A DNA stretch of 63,974 nt, filler included, from a bacterium (GTDB lineage: Bacteria; JALSQH01): NCBI GenBank assembly GCA_027004335.1. It is 12 parts of 12 records of this genome, joined end to end, with 100 filler letters (N's around TTAATTAATTAA, not from the genome) between each part and the next. Parts side by side here need not be neighbours in the genome. Positions count along the whole stretch, not along the records: positions 19,401 to 22,629 come from JALTID010000144.1; positions 22,730 to 32,276 come from JALTID010000145.1; 10 more parts are not named here. One strand, 5' to 3'. The notes below the pieces were generated by a model. The model was not told the DNA's origin, searched no databases, and was given only the letters and a program-made list of their open reading frames with translations. A program made the position numbers and the translations under genes. The stretch's first letter is position 1; every line of letters begins with the position of its first letter. This document shows positions 20,604 to 30,893 of this stretch, piece after piece.

Positions 20604-21767
20604 ATGAAGAGAATATTCTTTTTCCTGCTGAGCTTAATTTTTGTAGCTCTCATCGTATCCTGTGGTCCCGGACAAACAAAACCATGTCCTGGATGTAAAT
20701 GTCCCCCACCCTGCCCAAATAAATCCATCCTCCCCCCCATAGAGACAGCTGTGGCAGTTGATGATGTGAAAGCATACTGGATAGATCTCGCTATGGATTC
20801 AAAAGGATTCCCATATATAAGTTACTACAATGCAGATACGCACTCCCTATGGATGGCAAGTGTAGATAGCAAAGGCGAATGGAAGAGTGAGGAGGTGGAT
20901 AATGACGGAAATGTAGGACAATATTCATCAATCGTTGTTGACAATGAGGTGCCAGTTATTGCCTACTACGATGCTACCAATGGAAGACTAAAATTAGCAT
21001 ATAAAAAAGAGGGACTGTGGAATATCATAGTAGTAGATAACGATGGAGATGTAGGAAAATGGACTGATATGGCCGCAGATAAAAATGGGGTGATTCATAT
21101 CAGTTACATTGATAATACCAACCAGGATCTGAAATACGCCAGATGGGATGGAAAAAATGTAACAAATCAGGAAATTGACGATGGTATAACCGCGGCGGGA
21201 GGAGGTGTTATAAACAGACAAACTTCCATCGCTCTTGATTCTCTGGGATATCCGCACATCTCGTACTACGACGGCTTTCTGGGGGATCTGAGATATGCTT
21301 ACTATGACCCTCAACAGGGAAGCTGGGTAAAAGAAGTAATTGATGATCCTCCCGAAGGCAATGTAAATACGGAGGATGTTGGAAAATGGAACTCTCTTGT
21401 CCTGGACCCAGAAGGACATCCATATATTGCGTACTCCGATTCCACCGATATGAAAGTAAAAATTGCTTATAAAACTGGAGACCACTGGATAAGAGAGATG
21501 CTCCCTATCAATGATATGGCTGATGCGTACATAGATATTGTGCTGCTGGATGGTAAACCAATGGTAAGTTATTTTGACTCAAGTTTTGACGATCTCAGAT
21601 TGGGGATCAAAAACGGCAGTAATTGGGATCTGGAAATTGTGGATTCAATGGGCATAAGCGGTGAATACGCAAAAATGGTTTCTGCCCCCAACGGGAATCT
21701 GGCCTTTGCCTATCGAAACTACACATATGACCAGGTAATTTACAGAGTTTTAGCACCCTCACACTGA
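20604..21767 (+). CDS. Beta-propeller repeat lipoprotein
   Basis: Lipobox LIVS-C; about 7 repeats of VD..G.VG.Y.SI.LD..G.PHISYYD....L.YA. Confidence 0.75.
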   Translation: MKRIFFFLLSLIFVALIVSCGPGQTKPCPGCKCPPPCPNKSILPPIETAVAVDDVKAYWIDLAMDSKGFPYISYYNADTHSLWMASVDSKGEWKSEEVDNDGNVGQYSSIVVDNEVPVIAYYDATNGRLKLAYKKEGLWNIIVVDNDGDVGKWTDMAADKNGVIHISYIDNTNQDLKYARWDGKNVTNQEIDDGITAAGGGVINRQTSIALDSLGYPHISYYDGFLGDLRYAYYDPQQGSWVKEVIDDPPEGNVNTEDVGKWNSLVLDPEGHPYIAYSDSTDMKVKIAYKTGDHWIREMLPINDMADAYIDIVLLDGKPMVSYFDSSFDDLRLGIKNGSNWDLEIVDSMGISGEYAKMVSAPNGNLAFAYRNYTYDQVIYRVLAPSH

Positions 21768-21772
21768 AGAAC

Positions 21773-22629
21773 ATGGGTAAACCACAAAAATATTACATCT
21801 GCGAAGTCTGTGGTTATAAGAGCACCAAATGGCTGGGACGCTGCCCCTCCTGCGGGGCGTGGAACAGTTTCAGGGAAGTTACCACAACTGATAAAAAGAA
21901 AGAGAATCATAGAGAAGAAGCAGCAGTTCTGCCTCTGGTGGAAGTATCCAATAAGACTGAAATAAGAATTCATACCGGAATTGATGAATTAGATGGAGTT
22001 CTTGGAGGAGGGATTGTAACAGGTAGTGTTGTGCTTATTGGAGGAGCACCGGGGATAGGTAAATCCACTCTACTTCTTCAGATGAGCAGCAGGCTGGCTG
22101 AAAGAGGGCAGAAGATCTTATATGTCTCAGGAGAAGAATCAATAACACAGATCAAATTGAGAGCTTCAAGACTTGGCATATCTTCAGATAATATCTTCGT
22201 TATGTCCGAAACAGATTTTGATCAAATTGAAAATGAGATAAAAAAAAGTGAAGTAGATCTGGTTATTCTTGACTCGGTTCAAACTTTTTTCATAGATGAA
22301 ATAGGATCAGTTCCAGGCTCAGTTGTACAGGTAAGAGAAATCGCCCACAGGGCTACACAGATTGCAAAATCTCTGAATATCCCGATCTTCTTAGTGGGTC
22401 ATGTAACAAAAGAGGGGAATATCGCAGGACCAAATCTTCTGGAACATATAGTGGACACCGTCCTCTATTTTGAGGGAGACAAAAATAGTGACCTCAGAAT
22501 ACTGAGGAGTACAAAAAATCGTTTTGGTCCCACCAATGAGGTGGGAGTTTTTCAGATGACAGAAAATGGGCTTGAAGAAGTCAGGAACCCATCCATACTT
22601 TTCATTGAAGAGAGAAAGGAAAATGTTCC
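21773..22629 (+). CDS. radA: DNA repair protein RadA/Sms, 3' truncated
   Basis: C4 zinc finger CEVCG...KWLGRCPSCGAWNS, GAPGIGKSTLL, KNRFG. Confidence 0.96.
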
Positions 22630-22729
22630 NNNNNNNNNNNNNNNNNNNNNNNNNNNNNNNNNNNNNNNNNNNNTTAATTAATTAANNNNNNNNNNNNNNN
22701 NNNNNNNNNNNNNNNNNNNNNNNNNNNNN

Positions 22730-24162
22730 GGGATATATATGAGTCTGAAATTGATTCAAAAAATCTAAACTCTGTAAGTCTCTATTTCAAAGAAATGGGA
22801 GAGATACCCCTCATATCTCATGAAAAAGAAATTGAGCTTTCTAAAAAAATTAAATCAGGCGAAAAGGAAATTATTGAAATCCTGACCACCAACAAATTTT
22901 TTATGAACAGACTAAGAGAAGAAAAAGAAAAACTTGAAAGGAATAGAATAAAATTGAGGAATCTGATTGAGATTGAAGAAAGTGAAGAACCAAAAATAAC
23001 AGAAGATTACATTGAGGAGATAATAAATAAAATTGACCGTCTGATAAGGAGAAGAGGGGAGATTAACAAGCTAAAAAATAAGTTAAAAAACGAGATAGCT
23101 GAAGGAAAGAAAGAAGTTATTCTGAAAAAAATTGAAAATAAAGTGAAAAATCTTAGAAGGATCCTTGATAACATTAAATTTAACAGAGACTTCCTTGACA
23201 AAGTGATTTCAGAAATAAGATATTACGATGCAGAGGTTAAAAAGGCACATCAAGAAATTGAATTCTACAAAACAAAACTGGCAAGTAATCAGATCCCAGA
23301 TGATGAGAAAACCATCTGGAAACAAAAAATTAAAAACAGTGGAAATGCGATAAGGGAAACACTTGAAAAATTAGATACCACTGAAGAGGAATTCAATGAA
23401 TTTCTCCATAAGCTTAAAGAAGCTGATGCTAAAATAAAAGAGGCACGAAATGAGTTAATGCAGGCAAATCTCAGACTTGTTATCTCTATCGCAAAAAAAT
23501 ATGTAGGCAGAGGTTTAACTCTTAATGATCTAATTCAAGAAGGAAATTTAGGACTTATTAAGGCTGTGGAAAGATTTGATTTCAGCAAGGGGTTTAAATT
23601 CTCAACTTACGCTACATGGTGGATCAGACAATCCATAACTAGGGCTATTGCAAACAAGGCAAGAACAATCAGAATCCCGGTGCACATGCTGGATATTATA
23701 AACAACATTCTCAATGTTTCCAGGGAATTAAGCAGTGAACTGGGAAGAGAACCCACAGAAGAAGAAATTGCAGAAAGAACAGGGCTCTCTGTGGAAAGAA
23801 TAAAAGAGATAAAGAAACTTGTTAAAGAGCCTATCTCCCTGGATGAGCCAATAAGTGAAGGAGAAGAAAATACTGTTGCATATTTTGTGCCTGATACAAA
23901 AACTCCTACTCCCCTTGAAGTAACTGTGAGCAAGCAGATCTCGGAGAAAACCCTTCATTTACTCTCCCTCCTCAGTGAAAGGGAGGCAAAAATCCTTGAA
24001 ATGAGGTTTGGATTGAGAGGAGAAAAGGAACACACACTGGAAGAGATCGGTCAGTATTTTAATCTGAGTAGAGAAAGAATAAGGCAAATTGAAGCAGAAG
24101 CCATAAGAAAACTCAGATCCCCTGAACTGGGTAAAGATCTTAAGGATCTTATAGAAGACTGA
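22730..24162 (+). CDS. RpoD-like sigma-70 factor, 5' truncated
   Basis: Region 1.2 [11 protein letters not shown] upstream of the ORF-track start; [40 protein letters not shown]...SRERIRQIE. Confidence 0.92.
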
Positions 24163-24176
24163 AAAGAAGAGGGATT

Positions 24177-24890
24177 ATGCTACAAATTGAGAAACTAACC
24201 GCTGCAATAGCGGAGACGGGGGAGATTAAGCTCAAAAACATCAATCTAACAATCGGACCAGGTGAACTACATGTTCTCATGGGTCCCAATGGGAGTGGAA
24301 AGAGCACCCTCGCCAATACAATAATGGGCTCATCACAATACAAAATTGTAGAGGGTAGTATAAATTTAAATGGTGAAGAAATAAATAATCTTCCCACTGA
24401 AGAAAGAGCAAAAAAAAGCCTTTTTCTCTCTTTCCAATCGCCCCCAGAAATCCCGATGGTGAATTACACTAAATTCTTACAGGCCATCCTGGAAGCCAAT
24501 GGAATGGAAGTGGATCTCAACAGGATCAAGGGCGTCCTCAGAAAAGTAGGGCTTTCTGGAGAATTTATTTCAAGAGAGGTAAACAAAGGCTTCTCAGGGG
24601 GAGAAAGGAAAAGAGCAGAAATGGCACAAATGCTCCTCTTAAAACCCTCCTTTGCAATACTTGACGAGCCTGATTCTGGAGTAGATGTGGACTCATTAAA
24701 ATATATTGCAGGCACAATAAATGAGATATTAAACAGAAATGCCGGCGTACTTCTGATCACTCATGCAGCAAAAATATTGGGACATCTACCTTCAAACTTT
24801 AAGGTACATATCCTTGTAGATGGTGAAATAAGAGCAAGTGGAGGCCCTGAACTTGTAGAAAAAATTGAATCTGAAGGGTTCGGGAGCTAA
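24177..24890 (+). CDS. sufC: Fe-S cluster assembly ATPase SufC
   Basis: MGPNGSGKSTL, FQSPPEIP, REVNKGFSGGERKRAE, LDEPDSGVD. Confidence 0.93.
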   Translation: MLQIEKLTAAIAETGEIKLKNINLTIGPGELHVLMGPNGSGKSTLANTIMGSSQYKIVEGSINLNGEEINNLPTEERAKKSLFLSFQSPPEIPMVNYTKFLQAILEANGMEVDLNRIKGVLRKVGLSGEFISREVNKGFSGGERKRAEMAQMLLLKPSFAILDEPDSGVDVDSLKYIAGTINEILNRNAGVLLITHAAKILGHLPSNFKVHILVDGEIRASGGPELVEKIESEGFGS

Positions 24891-24892
24891 AA

Positions 24893-26197
24893 GTGTGGAA
24901 CTTCGCAAGGAAAATCGGTGAAAAAAACGGGGAGCCAGAATGGCTCATCCAGTTAAGAGAAGAAGCAGAAAGCTATATTGATAGGGCACCATTTCCAGAA
25001 GAAATCAAATCGGTGGACCTGGAGTACTATAATCCTATGGGAAGAGGGGATATTGATCTCCCTGATATCAAGGATCCGAGAAATATTCCTCCAGAAATAA
25101 GAGATATGCTAACCAAGATGGGCATCCCGGAGAGGGAATGGCCCACTGTACTGGGTATGATCCAGGTGGACACATCTTCAAGTATATCCTCTTTGAAAAG
25201 TTATTTTGAAAAATTGGGGGTAATACTCCTTCCCTTCAGGGATGCACTAAAGGAGGTGGAAGAAGCAAGGGAATACGCTTTTAAGCTGATGCCATACAAG
25301 GAGAATAAAATTGTAGCATACCACACTGCATACTGGAATGGCGGCGTTTATCTTAAAATAGGTAAAAATGTTAAGGTTCCACAACCCCTTCATACATACT
25401 TTTTGATAACAGAATCAAAGCTTGCTCAGGCTGATCATGCACTTTTTATTCTTGAAGAGGGGAGCGAAGCAACTCTGATCGAAGGATGTACGGCCCCTAT
25501 ACTTACAAGATTTTCTGCTCATCTTGGAGCAACCGAAGTTTATGTTAAAAAAAATGCAAAGGCAAAAGTTGTGGTTCTGCAGAACTGGCCAGGATATGTT
25601 AACACGAGACCTTATACCCGTGTTGTTGTAGAGGATGGCGGGGAAATAGAAGTGGTGGTGGCAATTCTGGGCACAGGCAAAACCTCAGGTAGATACGAAG
25701 AGATATTTTTAAAAGGAAAAGGATCAAAGGCAAAGATAAACAGTATCTCTTTTGTAAGAGATCAAGGATATCTTGACGATGTAATTAAAGTGTATTTGGA
25801 AGCTCCAGAGACCACAGGCTATATAAATACAAAAGGTGTGGTAAAAGACAATGGTATAAGCAACTCTTACACCCTTATTGAGGCCAGGAAAGAAGCGGAA
25901 AATTCACTTGGTCATATTGAATGCACAGGGTTACTTCTGAACAGAGGTGCGATCCATTCCACTTTTCCTTTCATTTATTCTAACACAAGATCAGCTCAGT
26001 TAGAACATGAAGCATTTGTTGGCAAAATAGGAGATGATGTCATTGAGTATATGAGAAGTAGAGGACTTACAGAAGAAAAGGCTGTCTCACTTGTTCTCAG
26101 AGGCTACATTGACCCCGTTGCTGAAATGATCCCATTTGAATTTTCAGCAGAAATCAGGAGAATGGCCAATATTCTAGCAGAGAGAGGCGGTGCATGA
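24893..26197 (+). CDS. sufB: Fe-S cluster assembly scaffold SufB
   Basis: EPEWL...R, IEGCTAP, LQNW, HIECTGLL, LEHEA.VGKI, YMRSRGLTE..A. Confidence 0.88.
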   Translation: MWNFARKIGEKNGEPEWLIQLREEAESYIDRAPFPEEIKSVDLEYYNPMGRGDIDLPDIKDPRNIPPEIRDMLTKMGIPEREWPTVLGMIQVDTSSSISSLKSYFEKLGVILLPFRDALKEVEEAREYAFKLMPYKENKIVAYHTAYWNGGVYLKIGKNVKVPQPLHTYFLITESKLAQADHALFILEEGSEATLIEGCTAPILTRFSAHLGATEVYVKKNAKAKVVVLQNWPGYVNTRPYTRVVVEDGGEIEVVVAILGTGKTSGRYEEIFLKGKGSKAKINSISFVRDQGYLDDVIKVYLEAPETTGYINTKGVVKDNGISNSYTLIEARKEAENSLGHIECTGLLLNRGAIHSTFPFIYSNTRSAQLEHEAFVGKIGDDVIEYMRSRGLTEEKAVSLVLRGYIDPVAEMIPFEFSAEIRRMANILAERGGA

Positions 26198-27288
26198 AAA
26201 TAGAAGAAGTCATAAAGCCGCTTAATATTGAAGAAAAAGAACGGAAAATTAGAAAGATTCCTCAAAATATAAAAGAAATACTTGAGGTCATGGGAATCCC
26301 CGAGGATGAATGGTTTTTTCTTACCGGGTTAGGGGAAAAAATTCCTGGGAGATATCAGCGTTTGAAAAATTATTTTATACACAAAGGAATAGAGTTCAAA
26401 GAACTACCCCGTGAAAAATCTTCCTCACTTCATGTGATTTTCCCTGAAGGGAAAAGAATAATGGAAGAAGCACTTTTTCTTTCCTGCCTCTCAAGATGCG
26501 CTATCCAGCCACACAAAAATTTAGAGATTTCATTTGCAAGGGGAAGCCAGGGAACAGTTGTTATAGGAAGCCCTATTCCCAAGCTCTTCTCTACAAATCT
26601 TGTTAAAAATAGCATTAGAATCAATGTAGAAGAGGGAAGCAGCGCAGATATCGCTCTTCTCTTTAGTTATGATACAGAAACTTCCTCACGAACAGAAGTG
26701 GAAATAAATATGGATGCCGGAGCTTCCCTTATCATTTCAGGAGTGATATTCAATCCAGGGAAAGACACAGGAATCCACTGGTCAATAAATATGAAAGAAA
26801 AAAGTACAGTTCAATTTGATGAAATAGGGTTTCTCCTTTCCCCGGAGAATTACAGGGGAAGCTGGACAGATCTTTTTGTAAGAGGGAAAAAAGTCTCAGC
26901 AAGTTTAAACAGCGCGGATTTTGCACTGGGAGAGGGGGAAAGCAGGGTAGTTTATCTGGCAAAGATATTCAAGGGTAATTCAGGAGCTGAGGTTATAATC
27001 AATTCATACAGTATGGATTTCTCCCGTGGCGCAAAGAAGGGCTTTCTACCAGGATTTTACACAGAGGAAGATGATGTGATACTTCAACACTCAGCAGGAA
27101 GCACCCAATTTACACCGCAGAAAATAGAATATATGAAAAGCCGCGGTTTAACAAACAAAGATATTTCAAAAATATTTATTGACTCGGTCCTTGAAAAAAC
27201 CGTTTACAGAAAACTTCCTGCCGAGTTTACTGAAGAAATGAGCAACTATACTCGTTATCTTCTGAATCGTATGGAAATTATTGTTTAG
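26194..27288 (+). CDS. sufD: SufD-like paralog
   Basis: SufBD beta-helix; LPGFYTEEDDVILQHSAG; YMKSRGL; follows sufB with overlap. Confidence 0.7.
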   Translation: MKIEEVIKPLNIEEKERKIRKIPQNIKEILEVMGIPEDEWFFLTGLGEKIPGRYQRLKNYFIHKGIEFKELPREKSSSLHVIFPEGKRIMEEALFLSCLSRCAIQPHKNLEISFARGSQGTVVIGSPIPKLFSTNLVKNSIRINVEEGSSADIALLFSYDTETSSRTEVEINMDAGASLIISGVIFNPGKDTGIHWSINMKEKSTVQFDEIGFLLSPENYRGSWTDLFVRGKKVSASLNSADFALGEGESRVVYLAKIFKGNSGAEVIINSYSMDFSRGAKKGFLPGFYTEEDDVILQHSAGSTQFTPQKIEYMKSRGLTNKDISKIFIDSVLEKTVYRKLPAEFTEEMSNYTRYLLNRMEIIV

Positions 27289-27290
27289 GT

Positions 27291-27935
27291 TCAGACTGTC
27301 TGAGACTCTTCCTGAATTCCACCAAGGTGGTGAGTGTAATTAAGAAAAATAAGAGTATATCCTCTTTCTGGAGAATGTTTTGCAAGAGAATAGGAGGCTG
27401 TATCAAATTGAACTCTCCAGAAGTAGGGAGGGGTTAAATTTAATATTCCAGCAAAAATAACCTTTAATAGAGCTGTATGAGATACCACTGCAATAGTCTT
27501 GCCCTGATTTTCTCTTACTATTCTATTTAAAGCTCGCATTGCTCTTCTTCTCAGTTGAGAAATTGGTTCAAAACCAGGCATCCTGAGTTTTTCAGGAGTT
27601 TCAAGCCACATCTTGAATTCTTCAGGATAGAGTTTTTCGATTTCCGCTATTGTTCTTCCCTCCCAATCCCCCAGAGCTATGCTTTTGAAGGCAGGTTCAA
27701 CCACGATTTTAGCCCCCGTTGTTTCAGCAACAGCAGAGGCAGTATCATACGCTCTTACAAGGGGGCTGCTGTAAATTACCTCTATTCCACTATTTCTCAG
27801 AGCCTTTCCCAGATTCTTTACCTGCTTCCTTCCATTTTCACTGAGGGGGAAATCCTCCCAGCCGCGAAATCTTCTTTCTTTATTTCCTTCAGACTCACCA
27901 TGCCTTATCAGGTAAATTAGAGTCTTTTCCATCAT
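27291..27935 (-). CDS. Histidine phosphatase (phosphoglycerate mutase family)
   Basis: LIRHGES, YSSPL.RA..TA, GDWEG, VVSH. Confidence 0.92.
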   Translation of the reverse strand: MMEKTLIYLIRHGESEGNKERRFRGWEDFPLSENGRKQVKNLGKALRNSGIEVIYSSPLVRAYDTASAVAETTGAKIVVEPAFKSIALGDWEGRTIAEIEKLYPEEFKMWLETPEKLRMPGFEPISQLRRRAMRALNRIVRENQGKTIAVVSHTALLKVIFAGILNLTPPYFWRVQFDTASYSLAKHSPERGYTLIFLNYTHHLGGIQEESQTV

Positions 27936-27947
27936 TATACTCCATTT

Positions 27948-27980
27948 AAAAAAAGAGGGGGGAAGTTAACTTCCCCCCTC
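27948..27980 (-). terminator. Intrinsic terminator after the small W/G-rich gene
   Basis: GAGGGGGGAAG-ttaa-CTTCCCCCCTC perfect stem with a T7 tract on the minus strand. Confidence 0.85.
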
Positions 27981-28010
27981 ATACTATGGTAGGGAGAGGG
28001 ACGGACTTAG

Positions 28011-28274
28011 CTATTCCAGATCTTTTAATCTTTCCTCAATACGCTCAAGTTCCTTCTTCAACCTTTCAGCCTGAGCTCTGAGATATGCCTTCTCCTCCTC
28101 CTTAGTAGGATAGTAATCATAGTAATCATTCCATGCATCAGGATAATCATAATAATCCGCCCACCATGGGCCATGGCCCCATCCCCAGCCATGGTGCCAG
28201 CCACCATGCCATCCTCCCCATCCCCACCATCTACCTCTTCCCCACCACGGACCATATCCATCACCCCATGGCAT
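28011..28274 (-). CDS. Small DUF5320-like protein, Trp/Gly/His-rich
   Basis: MPWGDGYGP start like the MPxGDGTGP of DUF5320; C-terminal coiled coil EEEKAYLRAQAERLKKELERIEERLKDLE; AGGAGGT RBS; own terminator. Confidence 0.8.
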   Translation of the reverse strand: MPWGDGYGPWWGRGRWWGWGGWHGGWHHGWGWGHGPWWADYYDYPDAWNDYYDYYPTKEEEKAYLRAQAERLKKELERIEERLKDLE

Positions 28275-28343
28275 ATTCAAACCTCCTTCTCTTTTTAAAT
28301 TTTAATCCCCTTTAAAGTTTTGTCAACCTAACTTCTTCACGGA

Positions 28344-29138
28344 TCATTTTTCCTCTGATTTACAAAGTTCCTCCCTTATATTTACTGCAATATATGGATA
28401 ATCAGTAATTATCCCGTCAACTCCTTGAAGGAGCAACCTCTTGATCATTTCTCCTGAATTTACAGTCCAGACAATAACTTTTAAGTTAGCAATTTTCGCT
28501 TTTTCAATTTTTTCCTCTTTAGTCGCAGAATAATGGGGATGTAGAGAAAAAATCCCTGTGGCAATTCCTCTCTTTAATGCTTCCTCCCACCTGTTGTTTT
28601 CAAAAAGATAACCTCCTTTTACCACATCATTCAGCGATATGAGATAATCTACAGCATCCCAGTTGAAACTTGACACAATGACTCTCTCAAGAGACTCGTT
28701 CAGAGTAAGAAGAGAAAGAATATATTTTATCCATATCTTCTCCCTATCTGAAAGTCCGCTATTGTGTGAGAATTTTAATTCAAGATTAAAATAGATCTCG
28801 CTGAAATGCTGGAGGATCTCCTCAAGGGGAGGGGGGCTTCTCCATTTTCCCATAATCGTTTTTTGCCTCCCTGGTAGAGGGGTAAAATTCCTCTCTGAAA
28901 GGATTTCCCTTGCAAGTGCTTGATCCGTTTTAACTTTTTTCCCCGTCAGAGATACCTCATTATCGTGTAGGAGGAGTGTTTTATTATCCTTAGAAAGCCA
29001 GACATCTATCTCAACCCCTCTGATCCCGAGGTTTCTTATCTTTTCAATGGCCCCAATCGTGTTATCCCTGGCTTCCCCAAGAAGTCTACATCTTCCCCTA
29101 TGAGAGAAAATTAGAATCCTGTAATATCGGCAGCTCAT
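28344..29138 (-). CDS. Glycerophosphodiester phosphodiesterase family protein
   Basis: FSHRG, VEIDVWLSKD...LHD, NLELK, VSSFN, VWTVN, GVDGIITDYP. Confidence 0.92.
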   Translation of the reverse strand: MSCRYYRILIFSHRGRCRLLGEARDNTIGAIEKIRNLGIRGVEIDVWLSKDNKTLLLHDNEVSLTGKKVKTDQALAREILSERNFTPLPGRQKTIMGKWRSPPPLEEILQHFSEIYFNLELKFSHNSGLSDREKIWIKYILSLLTLNESLERVIVSSFNWDAVDYLISLNDVVKGGYLFENNRWEEALKRGIATGIFSLHPHYSATKEEKIEKAKIANLKVIVWTVNSGEMIKRLLLQGVDGIITDYPYIAVNIREELCKSEEK

Positions 29139-30817
29139 CTTTGATCTTTAATCTGCCCAGCTATATCCTGATAATGTACTACTCTATTTTTACCTTCTCT
29201 CTTTGCCTCATAAAGAGCCTTATCTGCCTCTTCAATTATTTCTTCTCTACTGTGAGGTCCTACAACAAAAGGTTTCTTAGTAGATGCTCCGACACTGATA
29301 GTAACATGAACCTCTATCTCTTTTTCGCCTCTTTTTATTTTAAAGGGATAATGACTTACCATCATCCTTATCTTTCCTCCAATATAAATTGATCCTTCTT
29401 TATCTGTGTTAGGTAAAATCAGGCCAAACTCCTCTCCTCCATATCTTGTGGCGATATCAGTACTTCTCAACTGCTTAGAAATTAAACCACCCAACTGTGA
29501 GAGCAGCGCATCACCAGACTGATGTCCATAGGTATCATTAAAGATTTTGAAATCATCAATATCAAGCATCAGATAAGAAAGAGGATACCCCACTCTTCTG
29601 GCCATTCTCAACTCTTTCTCCAGTGTTTCCTGAAGATATCTATGGTTGTAAAGACCAGTTAAGCTGTCAGTGATAGAAAGTATCTGTAATTTGCTGTTTA
29701 CTGCCTCTAATTCTTTGTTTCTCTCTGAAAGAGTTTTATTCATAATTTCAAGTCTTCTGTAAGCATCCCTGAGTTCATTATGTGCTGTCTCTAATTCAAG
29801 TTTGTCATCTCTCAATCTCTCAAGCATATGGTTAAAAACTTTTATAAGCTCACCAATTTCATCTTTTGTCCTGACGGGGATGGTTATATTCAATTCCCCT
29901 TCACTTACCTTTTTTGCTGCCCATAAGAGATTATCAATGGGTCTTAAAATGCCTCTCAACATAAATGAAATAATTACCACAGACACAAGAAAGAGAAGAG
30001 AAACAACTACTGCAAGACGGACAATTCCATAATAATAGTTCTTTCCAATATCTTCTTTTAGCATCACCAGTTGAATATAATTATCAAGAATATCATCAAA
30101 GTAGAAACCATTGAAGTACTTTTCATTCTCAAAGTAACTTTTACCTGAAGAGAAATTTCTTGAATCACATCCCTCACCTATGCCGGCATGAAATAGAACT
30201 TCCCCATCTTTATTACAAACTATTAAGCCCCACGAGATCCCCTGAAAAAGGTCCTGAAGCTTTTCATAAATTCTCCTATAAAGTGGAGAAAAATTCAAAA
30301 TTCCGACAAAATAACCTGTAATTAACCCTTTTGAATTTTTTAAGCATTCCACAACCACTTTGAGACTCGTCCCCGGAACATTCTTAACAGCATCTTTCAC
30401 AGACTCATATTCGCAACTGAAGGGATAAAAAGTAGTGAAAGGGAGGTATCTTGCAGTAACCAAAATCTTCCCTCTGAGATCACTCACAAAGAAATTGGAG
30501 AATTCAGGATTAACAGAAAGCAATATTTTAAAATCAGAAACAAGCTCATATTTTTTCTGATCTGTTGGATTTTCAATAAATTCTGTCATTGGTCTTCTTG
30601 AAGAGAATCTGTCCATCTCCCTTATAACATAAATAACCCAGTTCTCCACCTCTGTCTTGATGTTAATGAAAGACATTTTTACAGTATTCTGGGCATCTCG
30701 CATAGCCACAGTTTTACCCATTGTCACATTCACATAAGAAATAATGAGGACAGAGATAAGAATAATGACTCCCAGCAGAATCACTATCTTGGCTCTAACA
30801 GAAGATAATCCACCCAC
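29135..30817 (-). CDS. Membrane diguanylate cyclase (periplasmic sensor, HAMP, GGDEF)
   Basis: Two TM segments, HAMP DEIGEL...FN.M, TDSLTGLYN, DIDDFK..ND.YGH..GD, RYGGEEF. Confidence 0.93.
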   Translation of the reverse strand: MGGLSSVRAKIVILLGVIILISVLIISYVNVTMGKTVAMRDAQNTVKMSFINIKTEVENWVIYVIREMDRFSSRRPMTEFIENPTDQKKYELVSDFKILLSVNPEFSNFFVSDLRGKILVTARYLPFTTFYPFSCEYESVKDAVKNVPGTSLKVVVECLKNSKGLITGYFVGILNFSPLYRRIYEKLQDLFQGISWGLIVCNKDGEVLFHAGIGEGCDSRNFSSGKSYFENEKYFNGFYFDDILDNYIQLVMLKEDIGKNYYYGIVRLAVVVSLLFLVSVVIISFMLRGILRPIDNLLWAAKKVSEGELNITIPVRTKDEIGELIKVFNHMLERLRDDKLELETAHNELRDAYRRLEIMNKTLSERNKELEAVNSKLQILSITDSLTGLYNHRYLQETLEKELRMARRVGYPLSYLMLDIDDFKIFNDTYGHQSGDALLSQLGGLISKQLRSTDIATRYGGEEFGLILPNTDKEGSIYIGGKIRMMVSHYPFKIKRGEKEIEVHVTISVGASTKKPFVVGPHSREEIIEEADKALYEAKREGKNRVVHYQDIAGQIKDQR

Positions 30818-30834
30818 GCCTAACTCATCTAATT

Positions 30835-30866
30835 AAAAAATTAGAGGGAGAAAACACCCCCTCTAA
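30835..30866 (-). terminator. Probable terminator after the thiolase gene
   Basis: TTAGAGGG...CCCTCTAA stem followed by a T-tract on the minus strand. Confidence 0.6.
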
Positions 30867-30893
30867 GGATATTAAACCAGTTTTGCTTGAAAA

